From the NCBI GenBank assembly GCA_002633005.1, contig NMRA01000295.1:184280-248279 (forward strand): a DNA stretch of 64,000 nt. The letters are read 5' to 3'. The notes under the pieces were generated by a model that did not search any database, was not told the DNA's origin, and saw nothing but the letters and a program-made list of their open reading frames with translations. The stretch comes from Phoronis australis. Lineage: Eukaryota; Animalia; Phoronida. The position numbers were made by a program, and so were the translations under genes. Shown here piece after piece: positions 1 to 12,255 of this stretch; the stretch's first letter is position 1; each line of letters starts with the position of its first letter.

Positions 1-361
1 AATTCTCACCAGCAGATGGTGCTGTTTCTGTTGATGCTTTGATGGGACATCAGGAATTGAATGTTCAAAAACTAGTCAGAGATGCACATAATAATTAGAG
101 TACTATACCATTACATACAATATTTACTAAATGGGACTAGTGGTATGTAAACAATTCATACAGTTTTTACCCAAAATACTTCGAGTTAGTTTGACAGCCC
201 TTTAAGGCAGTTTCAGTCGTCAATGAGGAATGAAAAGTTTTGGTGTTAGTGTGTTAAACAGGCTTAGTCTGGTTTGGTCATTAATAATATGTGACTCTAC
301 TAACTCAGTTAACTTGTGAATCTGTTCCGTCTGGTGTTAGTGATACAGTTCCTTTCTCCAG

Positions 362-3300
362 GGCTACATCCCCCGCCAGGCTGTCTATGCCTGTGCCAGC
401 TGCGTGTTACCCATGATGGAACCAGCAGGTGTCTGTCTAGCATGTAGTCTTACCTGCCATGATGGCCATGAACTCTATGAACTCTACACAAAGAGGTAAG
501 TATGTTGGATTGGATTGCTTGTAAGTTTTGATACTTTTGTTAAAGAAACCCGAAAAGTGGTATAAATAAGCTGTTGGTGTTACATTGCCGAATAGGCTGT
601 ATTGGGGTAGCGCTCTGATGTCTGAAAGATCCCAAGGTGTGGGCAGCCACAGATCATTCGTCGACACTCCTCCAATTTGGGGAGTCGTAGGTTGATAAAA
701 ATATTTGTGAACATGTCTTTGTCATACTGTATGATACAGTCGAATCGTGTTGCAACGAAGCCTGTTTATAATGTTCACTCACTTTTAACGTTCCAAAATA
801 CTTTTTCCACGCTTCATTTTTAACGAACATGGATACAACGTCCGCATGTACCAGTTTTGTTGTCTCATTGGGTAACTTCACCAACTTAATAGCACCAGTT
901 TTGATGTTTCATCGGGTAACTTCACCAACTTAACAGCACCAGTTTTGATGTCTCCTCGGGTAACTTCACCAACTTAACAGCACCAGTTTTAATGTCTCAT
1001 TGGGTAACTTCACCAACTTTACAGCACCAGTTTTCATGTCTCATCGGGTAACTTCACCAACTTTACAGCACCAGTTTTCATGTCTCATTGGGTAACTTCA
1101 CCAACTTTACAGCACCAGTTTTGATGTCTCATTGGGTAGCTTCACCAACTTTACAGCACTAGCTTTGATGTTGCATTGGGTAACTTCACCAACTTTACAG
1201 CACCAGTTTTGATGTCTCATCGGGTAACTTCACCAACTTTACAGCACCAGTTTTAATGTGTCATCGGGTAACTTCACCAACTTTACAGCACCAGTTTTGG
1301 TGTCTCATAAAGGTAACTTCACCAACTTCACGGCACCAGTTTAGATGTCTCATCGGGTATCTTCACCAACTTTACAGGACACCAGCTCGCGCCGAAAATC
1401 ACCCTGTTTTATTTTTCAAGGTCTTAACAATGTTGCAGATGCCTGCAACCTTGCAAGTTATTGACTGATCGTAGCTATTTTAACATGGTAAAGCATTGTT
1501 TTTTGTTTTGGTTATTACAAATAGCAAAAAAAAAATAAAATTTCATCTTTCTGCCAAATTGAGCCCTATATTAATATACTTATTATCAGTTACTTAAAAC
1601 AATTCAGAGTGTTTGTTTCTATATTATTTTGTAGGAATTTCAGATGTGATTGTGGAAACTCCAAATTTCCAGATACTCCTTGTAAGCTGTCAGCTGTAAG
1701 TGCTTTGCTGATGTAGTTTTAAAGTATTCACCCAAACTGCACAGATGAGTTATTAGAAGTAAACCCAGCACATTTGTTGTTGTCTCCATTGTGTATTTAC
1801 AAAGTATACGTCCAACGTTTGAATGAAGTTCAATTCACCATCTAAGATCAACTAAACCAAAACTCACTTGTAAACAGTCACATGCGAGGATGGTGAATTG
1901 AACTTTAAAACGTTGGACATATATGTTTGTAAATACACAATGCTGACAACAATTGTGCTGGGTTTTCTACTACTAATTTGGCCCAAAACCAACATCGTCA
2001 ATAGGGTAGTTATTGCCACTCAACTCACTTATACCATACGCACAAAGTACTGCATAAGTGCACATATTTTCTCATTGATGTATATGTCTGTGTTTTGCAA
2101 ATGTCTTGTCGCGTTCCAGGATTAAATCTCATACAAATAATGCTCAGATATAATGCTCAGATATAATGCTTTCTAGTGCTTTATTATTGTACATTGTATT
2201 TTTCATAATAAACAAAAAGAAAAAAGAAAAATAATGCCCATAGCCTTTGTCAACTTGAGCTTTCTTCTAAGTTTTGAAACTGCTACAGTTTGCTTAATAG
2301 GCATGGGTTAGACAACATTTGAGGTCAAGAAATTTCAGTAATTGGGAAGACAAAGGAGCTGCTTTCTGACACATTTTAATGTCATTAAAAACACTTGTTT
2401 TAGCTCACTACTGTCTATCTCTTGGCTAGAGTACTGGCTGTGCAATGAAGGTCACTACTGTCTATCTCTTGGCCAGAGTACTGGCTGTGCAATGAAGGTC
2501 ACTACTGTCTATCTCTTGGCTAGAGTACTGGCTGTGCAATGAAGGTCACTACTGTCTATCTCTTGGCCAGAGTACTGGCTGTGCAATGAAGGTCACTACT
2601 GTCTATCTCTTGGCTAGAGTACTGGCTGTGCAATGAAGGTCACTACTGTCTATCTCTTGGCTAGAGTACTGGCTGTGCAATGAAGGTCACTACTGTCTAT
2701 CTCTTGGCCAGAGTACTGGCTGTGCAATGAAGGTCACTAGCGTCTATCTCTTGGCCAGAGTACTGGCTGTGCAATGAAGCTCACTACTGACTGTTTCTCT
2801 TGGTCAGAGTGCTGGCTGTGCAATACAAGATGACAAAGCCAGTCTGAGTTGAAATTATTAGGAACAGCCTTTAAAATAATGATGAATGCTTTTTTGGTTG
2901 GCAAGTACGTCTTCATATGACGATATGTTTTTTGGACTGATAGAAGCATAACTGGCATTTTATTGAGAATTTTGAGCTGTGTTTTCATTGATTATGTGAT
3001 TTCCCAGATGCAGGAGTATTTTATATTCTTTACCTGTGTTGCAGATCTTGTAGAATATACTGCGTACACATTCAGTGTACTCAAGTACCCAAACTCAAGT
3101 TTTTTTTAGTTCACAAGGTATTGGTTGACAGTTTTTATCAATATTGAACAATTATTTTGTCACAGTGGTTCATCTGAAAGTGTTTCTCAATTAGTATTTT
3201 CCTGCTGATTGCTTCACTCGTCTTTGTTTGTCTATACTCATTGGTGTACGGTTAGTTTGGTATCTCACCATTTCAGTTGAGCCAGAGAGTTACTACACTC

Positions 3301-6300
3301 AAAACAAGAGACATGATGATCACATGGTTTATTTTCTTCCCAGGACAAGGGTGCCACAAATGCTAACAACTCCTACAACCAAAATTTCCGAGGTCTTTAT
3401 TGTACGTGCTCAAGGCCTTATCCAGATCCTGAAGATGACGTAAGACTGTTGAGTAGTTATGTTGAGTCAATGACACCCTGAACAACTGTTTCAATGCATA
3501 ATATTGAGTAACACTTTCCATGCATCATGTTTGTTATCTAGATGCATCAGTGGTCACCTTTGCTTTTTCACATGAAGTACAATGACATTACCTTGGTTAC
3601 TAGAAAATCTCCCAAGTGGCTGATAAATAGTTGCCAACTGTCTCACTTTTGATGTGACTGTCCCACGTTTTTCTGTGTGCGGTTTCAGGATCAGAGTGTT
3701 CCAGTGTTTGACATACAGTACAATATTTACATACTCATACCATTGTGTTTATGACGTACGGTACAATATTTACATACTCATACCATTGTGTTTATAGCGT
3801 ACGGTACAATATTTACATACTCATACCATTGTGTTTATGACGTACGGTACAATATTTACATACTCATGCCATTGTGTTTATGTGTGGCTGCAAATGTTTG
3901 TGCATGTCTGCTCTATTTACCTACATTCCACTCGACAATTTCACGGGCACGACTAAAAAAACGCTGTTGGTGTGTTGTTTCTGAGTGTTCCGCAGGATAT
4001 TGTCCCCCTGCAGTGTCTTACTTCCAGATATCCCGCTTTCTCATTTTGGCACATTGGCAACTTTGCTGAGGCACAAGAAAAAAAAATTGCGTTTAATTTG
4101 ATAACTATATGCAATCTTGCTTGCGTTTAATTTGATAACTACATGCAATCTTGCTTGCGTTTAATTGGATAACTATATGCAATCTGTGCAATTGCATGAT
4201 AAAACTTAATGTTTACAATTTTGAACTGTGATAGTAATAATACTTAACTGGATCGGGTTTATCTTTGCTTCAGGTAGAAGATGAAATGATACAGTGTGTG
4301 ATTTGTGAGGACTGGTTCCATGGCAGGGTAAGTTGATAGCTTGGCCTGAACCCTAATTCATTTGTATGCTGTGAAACTAATTTCTAGGGTTTGAGTTAGT
4401 TGCCTAGTATGTAAACCAAGTTGTCGGTGACCATGTGGTTAATTGATGTACATATGTGTGGTGTGTTGTGAAGATGCACAAGTCAGGGCAATAGTTTGAT
4501 ATAACATTCCCACATTTTGGAAACCAGTTTGATGTCCGTTGTTCAGAGAAGAAAATGGTTCTTAAAATGCGGGCACGTTATTTACGACGATTAAGGAAAT
4601 CAGTCCAGACGCTTTTACTTAATTCAAACCTTGAATTTTACTTTTAATTAAAACTAAATATGGGTGTAGTGGTTTTGCTTTGATCATTGCAAGATAATTG
4701 TTCACAGAAAACGTCAATGGAATAGCTGTCTTTGGTTTGAGCCAGCCAAGTGTTGAATTTAAGAGCTGTGTGAAACTTTAAATTACAATACACATTTCAC
4801 AGTTTATTCTTAAATTTCTTTTTATAAATGTCATTTGACAAAATTTTAAAACTTGGCGCAGAAGGTTCCAGTGATCTCAACTCACTGTAGCAAGATTCAC
4901 TGTTTAATTGACATGTTTTTCAACCTTGTCTTTTCCAGCATGTGGGTACGAGCCCCCCTCACAATTTCGAAGAAATGGTCTGCAAGGATTGTATGAAACA
5001 TTGTGAATTCCTCTGGGCTTATGCAGTTGTACTTCCTGGTAATTACCCACTATTTTTATGTGCCCATATACAAATGTGGATGCATTTTGTTGTCATGCTA
5101 TTCAGGCGTCTCATCCATATCTCAAAAACCACGTGGTCAGATCTTGGCCCCAGGGTGAAGGGCATTGCCAGGGCAGTGCATGCCACTTTTCAATCTTCCC
5201 TTCCCACAAGGCCAGAGGGGCAGAGCTTTTCAGTGTTTTTTAGGGGAAGACCATTTCCAGATGATTTGTAGAGATTTGTTGTGTGGGTTTCAATGAAACT
5301 TAACACAGGGATATGTGATGGCGCTGCTCAGGTGGCACAATCAGGTTTTGCGGCAAATTCGACCTCTGTAGCACCCTGTAGTGGCCATTTGGGCTTTTTC
5401 AGTATTTTGGAGAGGATGAGCGTTTTCAGACTATACCTAGAGAACTGATTGACGGATTTCATTGAAACTTTGACATAGAAGCATGTGTTGTCAACGCGCT
5501 GGATTTGACTATTGTAGCGCTCCCTACTGCGCATTCCATTTTGATATGATGACAACTACTGGTTTTGAGCAGATTCCAACGAAGGCTGTGCTCGTTATGT
5601 CATTTTGTGTCTGTCTTTGTATTTGCCAAATCTCATGATTGTTCTTCACAAAACAAAGTAGACTTGACCTGCTTTTTGGATGCATAGTGCCGTGTCCCTT
5701 CGTGGCATGTTTTATTTCTTTTTTGCAATTTCTTTGTTGCGATTTCTTTGTTGCAAAAAGGTTGAAAACGTCATTTTTTAAACTTTTTAAAATTGATGTC
5801 ACCCCCAAAGCATACTGTTTGAGATGCACTCTGGGCGTTGCCTTTGTTTTCTCGAATGTCCTTATTATATCCATCCAAATTTGGTCAAATTCAGAATAAA
5901 TTTTCCTGATTTCTTTCAGTCCTACAGAATTATCATGTGTATGCAGCATTATGCACTGCTGTGTTTTGTGGTAATTTATCCTCTATTCTTCACTTCAGTG
6001 TGGGTTGTTATACCCATCCAAACTTATCAGTCTTGATATTTCCTTTCAGTCTGACTGAGAATTATCGTTTGTGTGTGGCCTCCTTAACACCATGTTCGTC
6101 ATATCAAGTGACATGTTGTGACGAGCTCCTTAATACTATGTTTGTCATATAGAATAACATGTGACAATTAGATATGTTCGTCATATAGAATAACATGTGA
6201 CAATTAGATATGTTCGTCATATAGAATAACATGTGACAATTAGATATGTTCGTCATATAGAATAACATGTGACAATTAGATATGTTTGTCATATAGAATA

Positions 6301-9300
6301 ACATGTGACAATTAGAAAACGGACAATTGCCGCACAAGTAAAGAAGTTCATGTTAACTCAACGTTTCGTCTTATTCAACAAGACATCATCAGGATATGTA
6401 CAGTAGGACAACAAGTGTCGATATTCTTTCAAGTCACATCCATGTGAAGCAATGTTGTGTATAAGGTTGAATGTGACAACTGTAAGGAATTCTATATTGG
6501 ACTCGCCCAGAGACGCCTCTGTGACAGGCTGAAAGAACACAACACATCTGACAAAAGTAACATTTATAGTCATTGTATTAGCAACAACCACCAAGCTAAT
6601 TCAGGCAGTATTATTTGTAAAGAACATGCTTAGGAATTACTGTATATCAAGGAGTCATTGGCCATTCAGGATCAGCATGCTACTGATTCTCTCAATAACG
6701 TGTAGAGCTCAGTGACCCTGTAACTATGGTGATGACCCACTTACTTTCTCTGTATCTCTCATTTCACCACATGGATGTGACTTGAAAGAATATCGACACT
6801 TGTTGTCCTACTGTACATATCCTGATGATGTCTTGTTGAATGAGACAAAACGTTGAGTAAACATGAACTTCTTTATTTGTGCGGCAATTGTCCGTTTTCT
6901 AATCGTACTTTGGCCAAAATATGATGTGATTAACATGTGACCAGCTCCTTAACACCATGTTCGTCATATAGAGTGACATGTTATTGTGAGCTCCTTAATA
7001 CCATGCTGGTTATATAGAGTGACATGTTACGAGCCTTCTTGTAGAGTCTGATCTTGACCAATAACAGACTATCAGTTCTTTTGAAACCCAGATATCACCT
7101 CCAATTTGACATTTGACAAAGGAAAATTTTGAGACCAAATTCATAACACTAAGTTTTCGAAATCAAAAGTTTGTTAATGTGATGGAAGACTGGTTCATAG
7201 CCATTTTAATTTCTCAGAGTTAAGTTTGGGAGATGCTTCTGGTTTAGGTATGATCCTACATTTGCATGTTTTAAATATTCTTTTACAACTCGCTCTTTAC
7301 TTTGTTCAATTTTAGACACCAAGTCCGATCCATTGTCAGACACACCTAATTGCAGCTTTGTTGATGTAGAGTCCTGCACTCCAGTAAAAAACAATGGTCC
7401 AGCTATCATTTCTAATGGAAAAGAAGTTGCTGATGCTTCAAATTCAGCTGAAACAGAATGTGAAAGTTGTGTTGAGGCAGCAGAATGCTCTGATGATAAG
7501 GGATCTAATAAGGATAGTACTAGCTCTGCGCTAGTGGAAGAATCTCCAGTCAAACAGAATGGTAGTAATGCTAGTGAAGGGAGCTGTCTGTTGAAGGAGT
7601 TGCAGACAAGAAGTGTGACATATCGTGATTGTGGTGTTTACTGGTCTGATGGATGGAGGAGCAAGTTGTGTACCTGTAACACCTGTAAGGTAGGGGACGT
7701 CACTTTTCTGATAGTGTTACATGAAATGTCAGCTTTTCTCAGTTTTGAAGAATTATATACTGATACTGTGAATTTCTTTTCTGTTCAGCAAATGTATGCA
7801 GAGAAGAAAGTAGACTTCCTCCCAGATGAGTCGGACAGTGTGCAGTCTTATGAAGCCAAGGGCCGGGAGACGACATCCTCTCAGTATGACCAGGGCATGC
7901 AAGCTCTAGCTAGTATGAATCGGCTCCAACAAGTGGAGGTACTGCAAGGTATGTATAGATGACGTTGCATGATATCTGCTCTGGATTAGTCACCTGAAGT
8001 CTGGTGTTGTTAAAATCACAGAACCTATATGGAAGAAAACATTGAGGTTATTTTTTGTGCGCTCTCAAAAATGCTACAAATCTTTGATATGTCAAAAAGC
8101 AATGTTTTGACTTTTGGCTTTGACTTTTGGCTACTCTTGAAATTTGGCAGATAGTGTGCTTGGTGCTGTGTGCCTGATGCTGTTTGTGCCAGGTGCTGTG
8201 TGTGCCTGGTGCTGTGTGTGCCAGGTGCTGTGTGTGCCAGGTGCTGNNNNNNNNNNNNNNNNNNNNNNNNNNNNNNNNNNNNNNNNNNNNNNNNNNNNNN
8301 NNNNNNNNNNNNNNNNNNNNNNNNNNNNNNNNNNNNNNNNNNNNNNNNNNNNNNNNNNNNNNNNNNNNNNNNNNNNNNNNNNNNNNNNNNNNNNNNNNNN
8401 NNNNNNNNNNNNNNNNNNNNNNNNNNNNNNNNNNNNNNNNNNNNNNNNNNNNNNNNNNNNNNNNNNNNNNNNNNNNNNNNNNNNNNNNNNNNNNNNNNNN
8501 NNNNNNNNNNNNNNNNNNNNNNNNNNNNNNNNNNNNNNNNNNNNNNNNNNNNNNNNNNNNNNNNNNNNNNNNNNNNNNNNNNNNNNNNNNNNNNNNNNNN
8601 NNNNNNNNNNNNNNNNNNNNNNNNNNNNNNNNNNNNNNNNNNNNNNNNNNNNNNNNNNNNNNNNNNNNNNNNNNNNNNNNNNNNNNNNNNNNNNNNNNNN
8701 NNNNNNNNNNNNNNNNNNNNNNNNNNNNNNNNNNNNNNNNNNNNNNNNNNNNNNNNNNNNNNNNNNNNNNNNNNNNNNNNNNNNNNNNNNNNNNNNNNNN
8801 NNNNNNNNNNNNNNNNNNNNNNNNNNNNNNNNNNNNNNNNNNNNNNNNNNNNNNNNNNNNNNNNNNNNNNNNNNNNNNNNNNNNNNNNNNNNNNNNNNNN
8901 NNNNNNNNNNNNNNNNNNNNNNNNNNNNNNNNNNNNNNNNNNNNNNNNNNNNNNNNNNNNNNNNNNNNNNNNNNNNNNNNNNNNNNNNNNNNNNNNNNNN
9001 NNNNNNNNNNNNNNNNNNNNNNNNNNNNNNNNNNNNNNNNNNNNNNNNNNNNNNNNNNNNNNNNNNNNNNNNNNNNNNNNNNNNNNNNNNNNNNNNNNNN
9101 NNNNNNNNNNNNNNNNNNNNNNNNNNNNNNNNNNNNNNNNNNNNNNNNNNNNNNNNNCCTCTGGTGACAGTGATTGAGATAACATTTACCTCTGGTGACA
9201 GTGATTGAGATAACATTTACCTCTGGTGACAGTGATTGAGATAACATTTACCTCTGGTGACAGTGATTGAGATAACATTTACCTCTGGTGACAGTGATTG

Positions 9301-12173
9301 AGATAACATTTACCTCTGGTGACAGTGATTGAGATAACATTTACCTCTGGTGACAGTGATTGAGATAACATTTACCTCTGGTGACAGTGATTGAGATAAC
9401 ATTTACCTCTGGTGACAGTGATTGAGATAACATTTACCTCTGGTGTTTGATTGCAATGACACCATACTGATCTGTGTTTGTTGTAAACAAAATATAGAAA
9501 AGGCGCTGTGCATTAGAAAAAATGGGAGGTTGATGCCGGGTTCATTGTGACTTAGTAGCAGTATTCTGTTCTTACAGTTCTGCATCTGATGTGGGGGTTG
9601 AAGTTCACATTTGTGAAAATTGTTTCTTGGATATCTAGGTAACAGGTAACATTGCCTATGTGTGTACTTTTTCAGAGTACAACGAGTTAAGGACTGAATT
9701 GACAGATTACCTGAAGAAATTTGCTGAAAATAAGAAGGTAATAAATACACAAAACGTATCGAGAGTGCCGTACATGAAGTAATATCCCACGAGACATTAT
9801 TCCGTGTATCGACCGAGACCAAATTTATCCCATACGCTTCGAAGTTTCTTTCATTTTTTCCACAGATTTTTTAAATACTTCACTCACACACTGTTCACTA
9901 GGCAGATCACATCCTACATGTATGTACTTGTGCGTTAGGCTACAAGTTTTCTCTAGTAAAGGAAACAGTTTTAAATGTGAGGATTTATTACTTGAAAAGG
10001 GATAACAAAGATGAAAACAAGGGTAACATTTCATTGAACTTATAACATCTCCTGAAAATAGTTAAATAACAACAATATTTGATATTGTAGTTACCAGGGA
10101 ATCGGCGCTGAGTTGCAGACAATAAAATATTTAGTAAATGAAAACTGAGACAGAACTGTTATATACAGGGCTTGGAATTTTCCGCGGAAACGCGGATTTC
10201 CGCTTTTTTCAAATGTGCCGTCCGCTTTTTTATAATATTTCTGCGTAAAAAAAATCGGATTTGATATAAAATTTCCGCGGCAAATTCCTTTTTTACCACA
10301 GCGTTGCAGACGACGTTCACCTCGAAAAGCGGAAGTTGCTCTTTATGTTTCGGAGGAACGTAAATTGTCGGGGCACCTGGGACAGCGTGGTGGGATTTTC
10401 AATGGCGTCTCGTGTTATTGTTAAGCGCGACGACAAATACTACCGCTCTGCAGCCAAAAATGTGTGGGGGTTGGGAGTGGGTGGGCGAGCTAAAAGGACG
10501 CAGACGCATGCTACTGATGGTGGTAAGGTTTTTTTTGTTTTTTTATTTAGTCTTCCCGATTTTTGTCGAGGAAAGGTTCACATTGACCATTTCAAGACTG
10601 GTTAGCGGGCATGATTTCGGCCGTAAAAGTTTCCGCGTTTTTTGTCATTGGTCATTCCAAGCCCTGTATATAATTAGCAGTCCTGTTCCATATGTTACGA
10701 TTGAGACCTGATTGTATGTTGAGTGTTATTTACACTGCTGTAATTGTTGAACTATTTGCCGAAAGTTTTGTGATCGAACCGGCTACCGACGTCAAGTCGA
10801 CACTGACCTACCTGTTGAACTTTCCATGTCAGAGGTCGCTGTTAAAGTAGTGCAGGAGGTGAATACGGAAAACTTTATTACATGGACGTATTTCCCTCGA
10901 CAGATTCAATGCGTAAGGGATAAAAGCATTTCACAAAAGTTCACATAACTTCTACATTATTTTGATAAAACGTGGGCTAATGCTCTAGTGTACAGAAGTC
11001 CTTCATCTTGGGCAACTGCAACCAACATACTTTCCAAAAGTATGCTCTTAAAGCCCTGTAGGTCATATCTTCAACATGTTGTGATTCACGTATTTTCCTG
11101 AATTTTGCCTGTATATGCTCTTCTGTTTGCATTTCTAGGAGGATTTCAACTAAACTTTCTCAAAATTGTGCTTAAAAATTGCTGTAGTGCAGTTTTTCTG
11201 CATTTTGCATTTCAACTGCATTTTTTAATGCGCTCACATATTTATGTTTACATGTCCATCCATCCGTCCATAGTCCGCTGCTCTTTCTCCAAAACCCTTT
11301 GGCACATGTTTATGAAATTTTGCTCTTGTGTTCTTTTCATGGTTGAAACTGCATGAGCGAATTTCTGGACGGATCAGACTACTGGTGTACCCCCTACTGG
11401 CAATTTTAGTTGTTTACGTTTCCCCATGTATCTTCAAAGGTCCTCAACGGATTTTCATAAAATTTGGCAAATAGGTATCTATTAGTGAGATGCTGCTACC
11501 ATTCAGATTTGAGATGCATTCGAGGTATTTTGCGCCACTTAGTGGCAACTGTTTTTTAGTCGAACCACTTTAGGGATGATTTTGAAAATTAGCGTATCTG
11601 TTGCCACGGTAAAGAGGGCGGCTGACAAGGATTTTCCAACTACTGTGGCGTATTCTAGTGGCAGCTTTTTTTTTTGCACCGATCGCTGATGCCGATTTTT
11701 AGACGAGTCAGACTACTGTGGCGACTCCTTGTGACAGTTTTTTTTGTATCTTTCACTGTATCTCCCTAACCCTCTGCAGGATCTCTATTAAATTTGGCAA
11801 GTGTATTAATTTATTTATATGAAGTTGGCAAAGGACAGTGGTGACCTTTGGACGGATCCGATAGCCACTGTCCCCCCTAGTGACAATGTTTTTCTGGTTG
11901 AATTGTGTCTGCACAGATGATCTCACTTTGCACAACATATCTCGTCACCTTTTCTTTGATCCCTGTTAAATGCTCATACTTGCACGCATAAAGTCGTTCC
12001 TTTTATCATGCTCTTGAAGGTCACCCAAGGTAAAATGCTCATTGTATAGTTACCTATTTTGTTTTTTGTCATAGGTTGTCCGAGAGGAAGATATCAAAGA
12101 ATTTTTTGGGCAGTTGCAGTCAAGGAAACGCCAAAAAACTAACCAGCCATCCATGAGTTACTATTGCAAGTAA
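362..12173 (+). CDS. UBR7: E3 ubiquitin ligase UBR7 (UBR-box + PHD finger), 5'-partial; join(362..495,1635..1695,3344..3439,4274..4327,4939..5038,7316..7689,7789..7948,9676..9737,12075..12173)
   Basis: All nine exons have AG/GT boundaries with matching phases; total 1140 nt, in frame to TAA at 12171-12173. Translation gives GYIPRQAVYACASC...GVCLACSLTCHDGHELYELYTKRNFRCDCGNSKF (UBR box), YNQNFRGLYCTCSRPYPDPEDDVEDEMIQCVICEDWFHGRH...EMVCKDCM (PHD), WRSKLCTCNTCK, and EYNELRTELTDYLKKFAENKKVVREEDIKEFF...YYCK*, all typical of UBR7. The N-terminal exon(s) lie upstream of the window. Confidence 0.96.
850..1385. repeat. 44-bp minisatellite, about 12 copies, in a UBR7 intron
   Basis: Unit ACAGCACCAGTTTTGATGTCTCATCGGGTAACTTCACCAACTTT repeats head-to-tail (e.g. 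1021, 1065) with no spacers. Confidence 0.95.
2405..2824. repeat. 47-bp minisatellite, about 9 copies
   Basis: Unit TCACTACTGTCTATCTCTTGGC(T/C)AGAGTACTGGCTGTGCAATGAAGG at 2405, 2452 and onward. Confidence 0.95.
3718..3881. repeat. 43-bp minisatellite, about 4 copies
   Basis: Unit GTACAATATTTACATACTCATACCATTGTGTTTATGACGTACG. Confidence 0.9.
4087..4184. repeat. 34-bp tandem repeat, about 3 copies
   Basis: Unit TTGCGTTTAATTTGATAACTATATGCAATCTTGC. Confidence 0.85.
6138..6314. repeat. 36-bp minisatellite, about 5 copies, abutting the Penelope-like insertion
   Basis: Unit ATGTTCGTCATATAGAATAACATGTGACAATTAGAT; related sequence resumes at 6940-7035. Confidence 0.9.
6359..6400 (-). ncRNA. Minimal hammerhead-ribozyme motif (Penelope type)
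   Basis: Minus strand reads CTGATGA-T-GTCTT-GTTGAAT-AAGAC-GAAA-CGTTG: conserved core boxes, perfect 5-bp stem II, palindromic ACGT stem III. Stem I pairing is weak. Confidence 0.65.
6451..6705 (+). pseudogene. Penelope-type GIY-YIG endonuclease remnant
   Basis: Translates to NVVYKVECDNCKEFYIGLAQRRLCDRLKEHNTSDKSNIYSHCISNNHQ...KEHA*ELLYIKESLAIQDQHATDSLNNV*. Shows VVY..CxxC..YIG, R..EH, H..H, KES.I..LN motifs and one internal stop. Confidence 0.9.
6814..6856 (+). ncRNA. Hammerhead-ribozyme motif, mutated (GAAA to AAAA)
   Basis: CTGATGA(6822-6828)-T-GTCTT...GAGAC-AAAA-CGTTG; inverted copy of the 6359-6400 motif with the G12 position changed to A. Confidence 0.55.
8154..8246. repeat. About 16-bp tandem repeat running into an assembly gap
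   Basis: TGTGTGCCAGGTGCTG-type units up to the N-run at 8247-9157. Confidence 0.85.
9158..9445. repeat. 31-bp minisatellite, at least 9 copies, emerging from the gap
   Basis: Unit CCTCTGGTGACAGTGATTGAGATAACATTTA. Confidence 0.95.
9740..10010 (-). mobile_element. Dispersed repeat fragment, inverted homolog of 36403-36730
   Basis: GAAGTAATATCCCACGAGACATTATTCCG and TACAAGTTTTCTCTAGTAAAGGAAACAGTTTTA match the reverse complement of 36666-36696 and 36439-36472. Confidence 0.7.
10166..10666. mobile_element. MITE with CAGGGCTTGGAAT terminal inverted repeats (hAT-like termini)
   Basis: 13-bp TIRs at 10166-10178 and 10654-10666; TATATA on both sides; internal CCGCGG/CGGA subterminal motifs. Confidence 0.75.
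11221..11995 (+). mobile_element. Helentron/HINE-like non-autonomous repeat copy
   Basis: T-rich start, ATGCGC...GCGCAT subterminal inverted motif, CCATCCATCCGTCC microsatellite, and internal units containing GCCAC(C/T)AGTGGC and TCATAAAATTTGGC shared with 13155-14970, 5220-5550 and (inverted) 55560-56700. Confidence 0.55.
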
Positions 12174-12255
12174 CTGTCCGCAATCGAGGACTACCAAGTA
12201 ACTGCCCACAACCGAGGATTACCAAGTAACTGTCCGCAACCGAGGACTACCAAGT
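12167..12255. repeat. 28-bp tandem repeat (3 copies) overlapping the UBR7 stop codon
   Basis: Unit CAAGTAACTGTCCGCAACCGAGGACTAC. Confidence 0.85.

Larger units (their letters stand above)
6310..6930 (+). mobile_element. Truncated Penelope-like retroelement with inverted pseudo-LTR copy
   Basis: About 135-bp inverted repeats (6310-6445 vs 6768-6903) flank a GIY-YIG endonuclease remnant; hammerhead motifs lie in the repeats; TAACATGTGAC is duplicated at 6299-6309 and 6931-6941 (TSD-like). Confidence 0.88.

Noticed and set aside
850-2824. Regular 44-bp and 47-bp repeats as CRISPR arrays
   Set aside because: Units are head-to-tail with no unique spacers, there are no cas genes, and the context is a eukaryotic intron.
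8025-9247. Long ORFs in the ORF track
   Set aside because: They run through N gaps (also 46566-46820, 48516-49085, 51238-52263) and are artefacts.
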